A DNA stretch of 34,048 bases from NCBI GenBank assembly GCA_003990765.1, contig RBNJ01000287.1:1-34048 (forward strand), in the 5' to 3' direction. The notes beneath the pieces were generated by a model that saw only the letters and a program-made list of their open reading frames with translations, had not been told where the DNA came from and made no database searches. Origin of the DNA: Jimgerdemannia flammicorona. Its lineage: Eukaryota. Below are positions 22,634-34,048 of this stretch, one piece after another (positions within the stretch are counted from its first letter, which is position 1; each line of letters starts with the position of its first letter). The position numbers and the translations under genes are program-made.

Positions 22634-25600
22634 ATGGATATGAGACTACCAGTATTCCACAGATATACTTCAGATGAATCAATTATCACCTTCATTGACG
22701 ATTTCAAGTAGTATGCTGCTGTAATGACCCTGATAGCAGCACAGCAAGTAGCCCTCATGCCCTTTAGCCTACGAGGCCCTGCTAGAGTAGTATTCATAGC
22801 CGCAACCCATGCAGAAAATGATGCCGATAATATACTGATAGCACAGAAGACCTGGCTCCAAAATACATATTATACATATGAGATCAAGCAAGCTCTAAAG
22901 GATCAGCTCAATACAATATGCCAAGGAATGAGTAAGGATCCAAACACATTCCATACCAGAATTTGATATCAGATAATCCTGGCAGATTATGCTGCTGCTA
23001 TCCGAGATTAAGTAGCCAAGACAACCTTTATAAAAGGAGTCCACCCAGAAATAGCTATGGCTATCTGCTCATCACCAGTAATTCTGGATCTACCACAAAA
23101 GGTCACCTATGCTCAGCGATACTAGATAGCCAGACATCCACAAGACCATACAATGGAAAGGATCACAGGAGTCAGAATCAAGGCACCCAAGGCAACTAGT
23201 GTGATCCCTACCACAATGATCAATCAAAATACACCTCAGCCAAAAGCTACAAAGCAGCAAAAGAATAGTGACCCTATGGAGGAACTCACCAAAAGGTTTG
23301 CCAAAATGACTGCCCATCTGGGGGATATGGTAAAAGAAATTCGAGGAAGAGACCACCGCCCTGTCCAGAAGTTTGTTACTGCCTCAGACAAGAAGAAAGG
23401 CACCTGCTATACTTGCAGAGAAGAAGGCCACTACTCCTATGAATACATGAGCGAAACCAAGCACAAGGCTCAACCAAGCAATGCTATATGAAACAAGGAG
23501 TAGGCCAATATAATTACCTTCGAGGAGATTGGAGATTCTGATGAAGAAGAATGGGAGGCCTATCCTACTCAGACTACCAAGAAGGATGCTCGCAAAGAGT
23601 CCTACAAGAGACCACCAGGAAGACTCAAGAAGAACCCAGTGGAAAAGCAGATAGAAACTACCACAGAAAGCCAAGCCAAAGAGATGGACCAAGATACAGA
23701 GCTGGAGCAAGCAGTTCAAGATATCATCTGAGGAACCACTCTAGCCAGTGAAGGAGAAAAAGAAAAGAAGCTTCGCAAGACCAAGACCTTCAAGTATGAT
23801 ATCTTCAAGGATCTCAGCCAACAAAAGGTCAATGCAACCTTTGGTCAGCTTGCAGAAATCCTAACATTAAGACAGCAAATGAGGTTTGGACTTGTCGAAA
23901 TAACTAAGGAACAGGGATGGAAGATAACTGAGGCCAATAACGTTCAAGAGGACTCAGGAGAAGAAAGTGAGGACAATCACAAAACCTCTACACATGCAAC
24001 ATGCTAAATCGAAGATAGAATCTTTGAGACCATCATTGATATAGGAGCAGAAGGATGTCTCTTCAGCAAGAAGGCAGCAGACCACCTAGGTTGGGATGTA
24101 GAAGAAGCAACTAAGCTAGTGTTTGTCATAGCTGATGGCACAAGAGCCACACCTCTGGAAAAGATCTGAGATGTTCCCATCAAGATTGGAGGAGCAACCA
24201 TCCCAGTAGATGTAATTGTAACTAACGCCACCAACTATGACATCCTCATTAGCAATCAATGGCTTTACAAAGCCAAGGTAGTAATCGATCTCAATGCCCA
24301 GAAGATGCAGATCACCTACCAGGGACAGAAGATATGAATTCCCATTAATGTCAACAAAGGAGTCCTGTCTGATATGGAGGAAGAAGAGAGTGAGCAAGAG
24401 GAAGCTTATATGGTGACTACTCCAAAGAAAAAGAAAGTTAGATAGATGAGTGAAGAAGAATAGTGTAAGAAGATCACAGAAGATTATACCCCACAAGGAG
24501 TCTGTCCTCATGGGATCAAAATATACTACATGGAGTATGTCAATGATTGCTACCAGTGCACTATCGGAATCAGGAAGATCCAGGAAAGTAGGCAGAAAGC
24601 TCTCAAAAAACAGATCAAGGAAGAAGAGAAGGAGGAAGATGATGAACCACCAGCTCTCCTGGAGGACAGTGATGATGAAGAAGAAATCAAGGTCAAGATC
24701 CAAAAGATCCACCCTGATGCAGTCTTGCCAGAATACAAGTCAGAAAATGCAGCTGGAATGGACATTACTACAGTAGAAGAGACTGTACTGGAACTCCAGA
24801 CAACCACCCTACTTGCAACCGGATTGGAGATAACCATCCCAAAGGATCATGTTGGGATTCACAAGACAAGAAGCAGCCTGGCTAGAAGCGAAATTACAAT
24901 CGAAGGAGGAGTCATCGATTCAGACTACACTGGAGAAATTCTACTCATTACTAGGAATCACAATCCAACAATCTCATTTCCAGTCAAGAAGAAGGACCGA
25001 TTGGTGCAAATGTTGATCTTTCTGATCTTACAACCAAAGATCATAGAAGTTAAGAAGCTGGAGGAAACAAGAAGAGGAAAGAAAGGATTTGGATCCATAG
25101 GAAGAGGAGTATTCACCAATACCAAGATTACCGAACTCAAGTATAAGAAGGAGGAAAACACAAGCAAGCTCAGCTATATCATTGGAAATGAATTTCCATT
25201 TAAGAAAGAACTCAAGAAAATACTCCACGAATTCGAAGATGTCCTTGCCACAGATTTCAAGGATATCAAAGGAAAGACCCCATACTACTATCATGAAGTA
25301 GATACTGGAGACACTGAACCAATTTATCAGAAAGCAAGACCTGTCCCACCAGCCTACCGAGAATGGCTCAGAGAAGAAATCAAGCAGATGGAAGAAGCTG
25401 GTATCATTAAAGAAGCCAGCAGTCTCTGATCCTCACCTGTTGTACTGGCCCCAAAAAAAGGTAGCAAGTCTGGAGAATTTGCCCCAAGACTCTGTGTTGA
25501 CTACAGAAAACTCAACATGGTTACCAAGAAGGATCACCAACCCCTCATCAATGACATCCTCATAACACTGAGAGACAAAGTACAATACTACAGCATCTTG

Positions 25601-26746
25601 GACTTATACTCAGGATTCCACCAAATCAGACTCACAGATATGACAAGTGAAAAGTCAGCTTTCATCACTCCAGATGGAACCTATGTCTACCTATGAATGC
25701 CATTTGGAATGTATAATGCACCAGCAAGTTTCCAGTGAATGATGAATAAAATCTTCTGCTATGATATGGGAAGATGGATGATAGTCTACATCGATGATGT
25801 AATCATCTACAGTAAGATATCTGAGGAATATCTGCAGCATATATAGCAGATAATAGAGAGACTAAGACAAAATGACCTTTATATCAAACCCAAGAAGTAC
25901 AAGTTCACAGAAATCAAGATCTCCTATCTCGGCCACATCATCAAGTGAGATGGAACAAACATGGACCCCCTCAAGATACAAGCAGTTGTAGTATACCCAA
26001 GACACACTACTGTTATGGAAGCCCAAGCCTTCATGGGACTCGCCTCCTATTATCACAGATTTATTAAAGGATTTTCTAATATTGCGGGACCAATCTATGA
26101 ACTTAACAAGAAGGATATCAAGTTCCTGTGAACTGGCAAACAACAAAAAGCATTTGATGAACTCAAGGTCAGACTGACCCAGGCACCCATCCTCAGAAGA
26201 CCTGACTGGACTCTAGAATTCATCCTACAGACTGATGCAAGTGCACAAGAACTAGGAGCAGTCCTAGCTCAAAAGAAAGAAAAAGTGGAGTATGGCATCA
26301 CATATCTCAGCTGCGGAACCCGAGGAGCTGAAAAAGAATACGAATTCTACAAGTTGGAATGCCTCGCAGTCATCTGGGCTATAGAAAAGTTCCACTACTA
26401 CTTGGCTGGAAGACAATTCACCATCCAAACAGACCACTCAGCTCTCATCTGGCTACTGACAACTGGACAACCCAAAGGAATCTATGCCAGATGGATAATG
26501 AAGTTGCAAGCTTACGATGTAACTATCGTATACCACTCTGGAAGAACCAATGCTAATGCTGACACCCTCTCACAGATACTCTGAAAGACCCCACCCCTAC
26601 AAAATCATCATGAATAAGGAGCTCTACTATGGAATTATCACATATCTGGGATAGCGAAAGATGCCCCAATATCTGGAAGAATGGACATAAACGATTATTA
26701 ACAGAACATGGAAACAATTCAAAACTGACAGAGGAACACTGAAGAG

Positions 26747-26838
<92 letters not shown>

Positions 26839-27905
26839 CACTGAAGAGAGGAAAACTACTAGTCATACTAGAACACAAGAAGGAGCAAGCGATGAAATCA
26901 GTACATGAACTTGGCCATCTAGGAGGAATGAATACATATGACAAGACAAGGAGAACAATATGGTGGCCAGGGATAGAGGAAGATATTAGACAATTCGTCA
27001 AGACCTGTGACAAATGCCAGAAACAGAAATAAGACCAACAAAATCAAGTCTCAGGATCAGCACACATAGAACCAGTACTATTCGCCCACATTGCAATGGA
27101 TATAATCAGCCCCCTATCCTTGACCTTGGCTAGCAACTGATACATCATCATCATCATAGACCTCTTTACAAAATGGATAGAAGTAGAACCTCTTATGGAA
27201 GCCAATATACAGTCAATTACTGATTGCTTCCACAAGGAAATCATCTGCCAGTTCAAGACCCCAACACAAGTAACTACAGATAGAGGAACCGAATTTGTGA
27301 ACCAGTTCTTTGAAGTTCTCTACAAAAAGTACAAGATCCAGTATATTTGGACCACAGCATATTACCCTCAAGGAAATGGACAAGTAGAAAGGACCAACAA
27401 AACTCTCAAGAATATTATTGCCAAGATCTGCAATAACTATGAGAACTGGGATCACTATCTACCAATAGCATTATCTGCTCTCCGGGATATCTGATCACAA
27501 AGTACCCACTTTACCTCTTGAGAAATGCTGTTCAGAGAAGAATGTTCTCAGGGAACCTTGTCATCCAATAGAGATGCTGTATGGAAACATATGGACATAG
27601 AAATATGGAGACTATACTAAATCAGGAAGAAGGCTGAGGATTACATAACTAAGGTGCAGACATTATAACAGAGGAATGCAGAAAAGACCCACAAACCCTT
27701 GAAGATTATCAAGATAGGAGACAAAGTCCTGGTGTATCAGAATATGGTTGAAGCTTCATGGTCATGAAAACTGGAGCCCAAGTGGGAAGGACCTTATCTC
27801 ATGTAAGATATAAAAGGAACCACCTTTTGGCTATAAAAACCCTCAGGCACAATAATCACCACCACTATTCATTGAAACCGACTCAAGAAATATCATGGCC
27901 AGTAA
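22634..27905 (+). pseudogene. gag-pol polyprotein: Gag (CCHC), aspartic protease, dUTPase, RT, RNase H, integrase
   Basis: CYTCREEGHY knuckle; IIDIG; dUTPase motifs AAGMDI/TRSSLA/GVIDSDYTGEI/RRGKKGFGS (~24680-25105); YIDD 25787-25798; LQTDAS and TDHSAL; HLG...CDKCQ; TDRGTEF; GQVERTN; WEGPY. RT-RH-IN order is gypsy. Many transition-derived stops. Confidence 0.95.
26747..26832 (+). repeat. Solo 86-nt poly(A) insertion with ~16-bp target-site duplication inside integrase
   Basis: GAGGAACACTGAAGAG (26731-26746) and GAGAAACACTGAAGAG (26833-26848). Copies 1 and 3 carry a single copy of the site and no A-run. Confidence 0.88.
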
Positions 27906-28356
27906 CAAAAGTACTGTGATGGTACTCAAGATCACTAGTGCTGCCCAAAGAGCCATCGAGAGACAATGGTGCACCACTGAGCCTCCCACCATAGAGGAGT
28001 CTTATGACAGTATCCAAAGTATCATGCAGACTCATCTCTCTCAGATCTCACACTTCAAGGCCTATCAGCATTGGAACGAATTCCAAGAGTACTTCAAACT
28101 CAGCCAAGTACCCAACCAAGACCCAGAAATGACAAAAGAAAATTGGATCACAGAATACCAGCTCTCCTATTCCCAGATCACCATTGCCAAAAGAATCCAC
28201 AAGCTATTCTGAGAGGATGAATCAGCACTAGCCCACCTGCGAGGAGTGCCTCTCTCAGACTTCGACCGAGTCAAGTGACATCATTGGGAAACAGTGATAC
28301 AATAAATCATGCAATACAAGACCATACAGACCATTGAAGCTTGGGAGTTTGAATAG
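27895..28356 (+). pseudogene. ORF3 (153 codons, unknown function) between integrase and PPT, copy 2
   Basis: ATG overlaps the pol stop by 11 nt. Reads MASNKSTVMVLKITS...IAKRIHKLF...AWEFE-TAG with three transition-type internal stops. Confidence 0.85.
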
Positions 28357-29508
28357 ATGCTTAAGGGATGAGATCATCTATTCAGGAGGAAGTTGTGATG
28401 GTATAGCCAGATTCAGAAGAAGGAAATAGGGAATAGACACTTGATCGCACCTAGTCCCAAAAGTAGTATAGCCACATAGTTAACAGTCCTCGATTTTGCA
28501 ACTTGCTAAATATTTTGCAAAGTGCAAGATCGAGCTCCCTGATATAGTATAGTATTTTGCAACTGGCAAAATATTTTGCAAAGTGTTAAATGACTCATAA
28601 CTTAGCCATATAACCCAGTAACCATCTTATAGCTAGCAAACTTGTATAAATAACCCAGTATCTTCAAGTGAATAAACCTCAGATCGAAATAGTTCAAAGC
28701 AAAGAGATAGCAAAGGAACTAGTAAGCCTGCAGGCAGATACACCTCAAACTCACCCACACTCCCCTATAACTTCAAGAGACTCTGCGAGAGTCAGAACAG
28801 TCAAGTTTTCAAGATACAGAAATCCGATGTACTTTCAAGAGTAAGCATCCACTATGTTACAATATATTAAACTATTTTATTATATATATAAGTCCTCTGA
28901 TGATCTCTTCTATATATTCTTTTATTTTAAAAAGTATATTGTGATGGTATAGCTAGATTCAGAAGAAGGAAATAGGGAATAGAGACTTGATCGCACCCAG
29001 TCCCAAAGTAGTATAGCCACTTAGTTAATAGTTCTCAATTTCACAACTTACTAAATATTTCACAAAGTGCAAGATCAAGCTTCCCAATATAGTATAGCAT
29101 TTCGCAACTTGCTAAATATTTTGCAAAGTGTTAAATGACTCATAACTTAGCCACGTAACCCAGTAACCATCTCATAGCTAGCAAACTTGTATAAATAACC
29201 CAGTATCTTTGAGTGAATAAACCTCAGATCGAAATAGTTCAAAGCAAAGAGATAGCAAAGGAACTAGTAAGCCTGTGGGTAGATACACTTCGAACTCACC
29301 CACCCTCTCCTGCAATTTCAAGAGACTCTGTGAGAGTCAGAACAGTCAAGTCTTCAAGATACAGAAATCTGATGTACTTTCAAGAGTAAGTGTCCACTAC
29401 ATTACAACTTGGTGCCCATTGACTAGTGATTCAAGACAAATCCCTCACTTTCAAGCTGAACAATAAACAACTGCTACTACACAAACCAAGCCCCAATACC
29501 CAGACAAG

Positions 29509-32500
29509 ATGGATATGAGACCACCAGTATTCTATGGATATACCTCAGATGAATCAATCATTACCTTCATTGATGATTTCGAGCAGTATGCTGCTGTAAG
29601 GACCCTGACAGCAGCACAGCAAGTAGCCCTCATGCCCTTCAGCCTACGAGGCCCTGCCAGAGCAGTATTCATAGCTGCAACCCATACAGGAAATGATGCC
29701 GATGCTATACTGACAGCACAGAAGACCTGGCTCCGAAATACATATTACACAGATGAGATCAAGCAAGCCCTGAAGGATCAGCTCAATATAACATGCCAAG
29801 AAATGAGCGAGGATCTAAACACATTCTATACCAGAATTCAATATCAGATAATCCTTGCAGACTATGCTACTGCTATCCAAGATCAAGTAGCCAAAGCAAC
29901 CTTCATGAAAGAAGTCCATCCAGAAATAGCCATGGCCATCCACTCATCACCAGTGATTCTGGATCTGCAACAGAAGGTCACCTATGCTCAGCGATACTAG
30001 ATAGCCAGACATCCACAAGACCATTCAATGGAAAGGGTTACAGGAGTCAGAATTGAGGCACCCAAGGCAACTAGTGTAATCTCTACCACAATGATCAATT
30101 GAAATACACCTCAGCCAAAAGCTACAGAGCAGCAAAAGAACAGTAACCCTATGGAGGAACTCGCCAAAAGGTTTGCTGAAATGACTGCCCACCTGGGAGA
30201 CGTAGTAAAGGAAATTCGAGAAATAGACTGCCACCTTGTTCAGAAGTTCGCTGCCACCTCAGAAAAGAAGAAAGGTACCTGCTATACTTGTGGAGAAGAA
30301 GGCCACTACTCCTATGAATGCATGAGTGAAACCAAGCGCAAGGCTCAACCAAGCAATGCCACACTAAACAAGGAGCAGGCCAATACAATTACCTTCGAGA
30401 AGATTGGAGATTCTGATGAAAAAGAATGGGAGGCCTATTCTGCTCAGACCACTAAGAAGGATGCTTGCAAAGAACCCTACAAGAGACCACCAGGAAGACC
30501 CAAGAAGAACCCAGTAGAAAAGCAGATGGAAACGGCCAACAAAAGCCAAACTGAAGAGATGGACCAAGATATAGAGCTGGAACAAGCAGTTCAAGATATT
30601 ATCCAAGGAACCACTTCAGCCAGTGAAGGAGTAAAAGAAAGGAAGCTTTGCAAGACCAAGACCTTCAAGTATGATATCTTCAAGGACCTCAGGCAACAAA
30701 AGGTCAATGCAACCTTTGGTCAGCTTGCAGAAATCTCAACATTCAGACAGCAAATGAGGTTTGGACTTGCCGAAACAACTAAGGAACAGGGATGGAAGAT
30801 AACTGAGGCCAATAACATTCAAGAGGACTCAGGAGAAGAAAGTGAGGACAATTGCAAAACCTCTGCATATGCAACATGCCAAATCGAAGATAGAATCTTT
30901 GAGGCCATCATTGATATGGGAGCAGGAGGATATCTCCTCAGCAAGAAGACAGCAGACTGCCTAGGTTGGGATATAGAAGAAGCAACTAAGCTGGTGTTCA
31001 TCACAGCCGATGGCACAAGAGCTACACCTCTGGGAAAGATCCGAGATATTCCCATCAAGATAGGAGGAGCAACCATCCCAGTAAATGTAATCGTAACCAA
31101 TGCCACCAACTATGACATCCTCATTGGCAATCAATGGCTTCACAAAGCCAAGGCAGTAATTGATCTCAACACCCAGAAGATGCAGATCACCTACCAGGGA
31201 CAGAAGATATGAATTCCCATCAATGTCAACAAAGGAGTCCTGCCTGACATGGAGGAAGAAGAGAGCAAGCAAGAGGAAGCTTATATGGTGACTGCTCCAA
31301 AGAAGAAGAAAGTTGGATGGATGAGTGAAGAAGAATGGTGCAAGAAGATGGCAGAAGGCTATGCACCACAAGGAGTCTGTCCTCACAGAATCAGGATATA
31401 CTACATGGAGCATGTCAATGATTGCTATCAGTGCATCATCGGAATCAGGAAAATTCACCAGAAAAGAAGGCAGAAAGCTCTCGAAAAACAGATCAGGGAA
31501 GACAAGAAGGAGGAAGATGATGAACTATCAGCCCTCCTGGAGGACAGTGATGATGATGAAGAAATCAAGGTCAAGATTCGAAAGATCCACCCTGATGCAG
31601 TCTTACCAGAATACAAGTCAGAAAATGCAGCCAGAATGGACATTGCTACAGTAGAAGAGACTGTACTGGATCCCCAGACAACCACCCTACTTGCAACTGG
31701 ACTGGAGATGACCATCTCAAAGGATCATGTCGGGATTCTCAAGACAAGAAGCAGTCTGGTTAGAAGCAAAATTACAATCGAAGGAGGAGTCATCAATTCA
31801 GAATACACTGGAGAAATTCTACTCATTATTAGGAATCACAATCCTACAATCTCATTCCCAGTCAAGAAGAAGGACTGATTGGCACAAATGTTGATCTTTC
31901 CGATCCTACAACCAAAGATCATAGAAGTTAAGAAGCTGGAGGAAACAAGAAGAGGAAAGAAAGGATTTGAATCCATAGGAAGAGGAGTATTTGCCAACAC
32001 CAAGATTACCGAACTTGAGTATAAGAAGAAAGGAAAACTACTAGTCATACCAGAACATAAGAAGGAGTTCTACTATAGAATTATCACATACCTGGGACAG
32101 CAAAAGATGCCCCAATATCTGGAAGAATAGACACAAATGATTATCAACAGAACATGGAAACAATTTGAAACTGATGGAGAAACACTGAAGAAAGGAAAAC
32201 TACTAGTTATACCAGAACACGAGAAGGAGTAAGCAATGAAATCAGTATATGAACTTGGCCATCTAGGAGGAACAAATACATATGATAAGGCAAGAAGAAC
32301 AATATGGTGGCCAGAGATAGAGGAAGATATCAGACAATTTGTCAAGACCTGCAACAAATGCCAGAAAAAGAAACAAGATCAATAAAATCAAGCCCCAGGA
32401 TCAGTACACATAGAACCAGTACCATTCACCCACATTGCAATGGATATAATCAGCCCCCTACCCTTGACCTTGACTGGCAACTGATACATCATCGTCATCA

Positions 32501-33249
32501 TAGACCTTTTTACAAAATGGATAGAAGCAGGACCCCTTATGGAAGCCAATACACAGTCAATTGTCGATTTCTTCCACAAAGAAATCATCTCCCGGTTCAA
32601 GACCCCAATACAAGTAACTACAGATAGAGAAACAGAATTTGTGAATCAGTTCTCCGAAGTTCTCTACAAGAAGTACAAGATCTAGCATATTCAGACTATA
32701 GTATATCACCCTCAAGAAAACGGACAAGTAGAAAGGACCAACAAAACCCTCAAGAATGTTATTGCCAAGATCTGTGATAACTATGAGAACTGGGACCACT
32801 ATCTACCAATAGCATTATCTGCTCTCTGGGATATCCAATCACAAAGTACCCACTTTACCCCTCGAGAAATGCTGTTCGGAGAAGAATGTTCTCAGAGAAC
32901 CTTGTCATCTAATGAAGATGCTGTATGGAAACATATGGATATGGAAATACAGAGACTACACCAAATCAGGAAGAAGGCTGAGGATTACATAACTAAGGCG
33001 CAGACACTACAACAGAGGAATGCGGAAAAGACCCACAAACCCTTGGAGATTATCAAGATAGGAGACAAAGTCCTGGTATATCAGAATATGGTTGAAGCTT
33101 CATGGTTACAAAAACTGGAGCCCAAGTGGAAATGACCTTACCTTGTACAAGATATAAAAGGAACCACCTTTTGGCTATGAAAACCCTCAGGCACAATAAT
33201 CCCCACCACTATTTATTGTAACTGACTCAAGAAATATCATGATCAGTAA
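29509..33249 (+). pseudogene. gag-PR-dUTPase-integrase fused reading frame (RT/RH deleted), disrupted by stops
   Basis: ORFs starting at 29509, 30151, 31249 and 31879 and the TAA at 33247-33249 share one frame. CYTCGEEGHYSYEC; AIIDMG; dUTPase runs directly into integrase at ~32025. Confidence 0.9.
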
Positions 33250-33700
33250 CAAAAGTACTATGATGGCACTCAAGATCACTAATGCTGCCCAAAGAGCCAT
33301 CGAGAGACAATGGTGCACCACTGAGCCTCTGACCATAGAGGAGTCTTATAATAGTATCCAAAGCATCATGCAGACTCACCTCTCTCAGATCTCACACTTC
33401 AAGACCTATCAGCATCGAAACGAATTCCAAGAGTACTTCAAACTCAGCCAAGTACTTAACCAAGACCCAGAAATGACCAAAGAAAATTGGATCGCAGAAT
33501 GCCAGCTCTCCTATTCCCAGATCACTATTGCCAAAAGAATCCACAAGCTATTCCAAGAGGATGAATCAGCACTAGCCCACCTGCAAGGAGTGACTCCCTC
33601 AGACTTTGACTGAGTCAGGCAATACCATTGAGAAACAGTGATATAACAAATTGTGCAATATAAGACCATATAGACCATTGAAGCTTGGGAGTTTGAATAG
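33239..33700 (+). pseudogene. ORF3 (153 codons), copy 3
   Basis: 462-nt frame homologous to 27895-28356; open for 124 codons; ends AWEFE-TAG. Confidence 0.85.
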
Positions 33701-34048
33701 ATACTTTAGGGATGAGATCATCTATTCAGGAGGAAGTTGTGATGGTATAGCTAGATTCAGAAGAAGGAAATAGGGAATAGACACTAGATTGCACCCAGTC
33801 CCAAAGTGGTATAGCCACATAGTTAACAGTTCTCGATTTCACAACTTGCTAAATATTTCACAAAGTGCAAAATCAAGCTTCCCAATATAGTATAGCATTT
33901 CGCAACTTATTAAATATTTCACAAAGTGTTAAATGACTCATAACTTAGCCATGTAACCCAGTAACCATCTCATAGCTAGCAAACTTGTATAAATAACCCA
34001 GTATCTTCGAGTGAATAAACCTCAGATCGAAATAGTTCAAAGCAAAGA

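Larger units (their letters stand above)
22053..28861 (+). mobile_element. Gypsy copy 2: full-length Ty3/gypsy retrotransposon with dUTPase and ORF3 (pseudogenised)
   Basis: LTRs 22053-22519 and 28394-28861 (TGT...ACA, ~467 bp). 4-bp TSD ATAT at 22049-22052 and 28862-28865. PBS-like TGGTGCC at 22523. PPT AGGAGGAAG just before the 3' LTR. Confidence 0.95.
28940..34048 (+). mobile_element. Gypsy copy 3: internally deleted (no RT/RNase H) copy; 3' LTR cut by window end
   Basis: 5' LTR 28940-29406 preceded by ATAT; PBS-like TGGTGCCC at 29410; PPT and 3' LTR from 33738. Confidence 0.93.

Noticed and set aside
26627..27013. Minus-strand ORF with a poly-Phe tract
   Set aside because: Antisense reading of the poly(A) insertion inside integrase.
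28394..29406. Tandem element sharing an LTR
   Set aside because: There are two complete LTRs separated by 78 bp of AT-rich flank, and copy 2 has its own TSD, so these are independent insertions.

Overview
Eukaryotic, almost certainly fungal, DNA. A multi-exon host gene with a SAM-like exon (minus strand, ~1-2418) abuts a ~31.5 kb nest of decayed retroelements carrying heavy C>T/G>A (RIP-like) damage. Three families can be resolved. (1) A Ty3/gypsy LTR family, present as a 5'LTR+leader relic (3810-4409), a 5'-truncated minus copy (4410-~9362), a full-length copy (22053-28861) and an RT/RNaseH-deleted copy (28940-end). It has one gag-PR-dUTPase-RT-RH-IN frame plus an extra, length-conserved 153-codon ORF at the env position. 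(2) A G-rich, apparently full-length L1/Tx1-like LINE (~9547-15336) with poly(A) and a target-site duplication. (3) A heavily eroded non-LTR RT family that the ORF track barely shows, arranged head-to-tail (~9363-21722), in which every unit ends at the same 3' position in (CCCTAA)n telomeric repeats instead of poly(A). This looks like a fossil array of telomere-primed or telomere-targeted LINEs now lying internally. The best novelty candidates are the telomere-repeat-tailed LINE array and the env-position ORF3. All alignments and translations were done by eye; no database searches were run.
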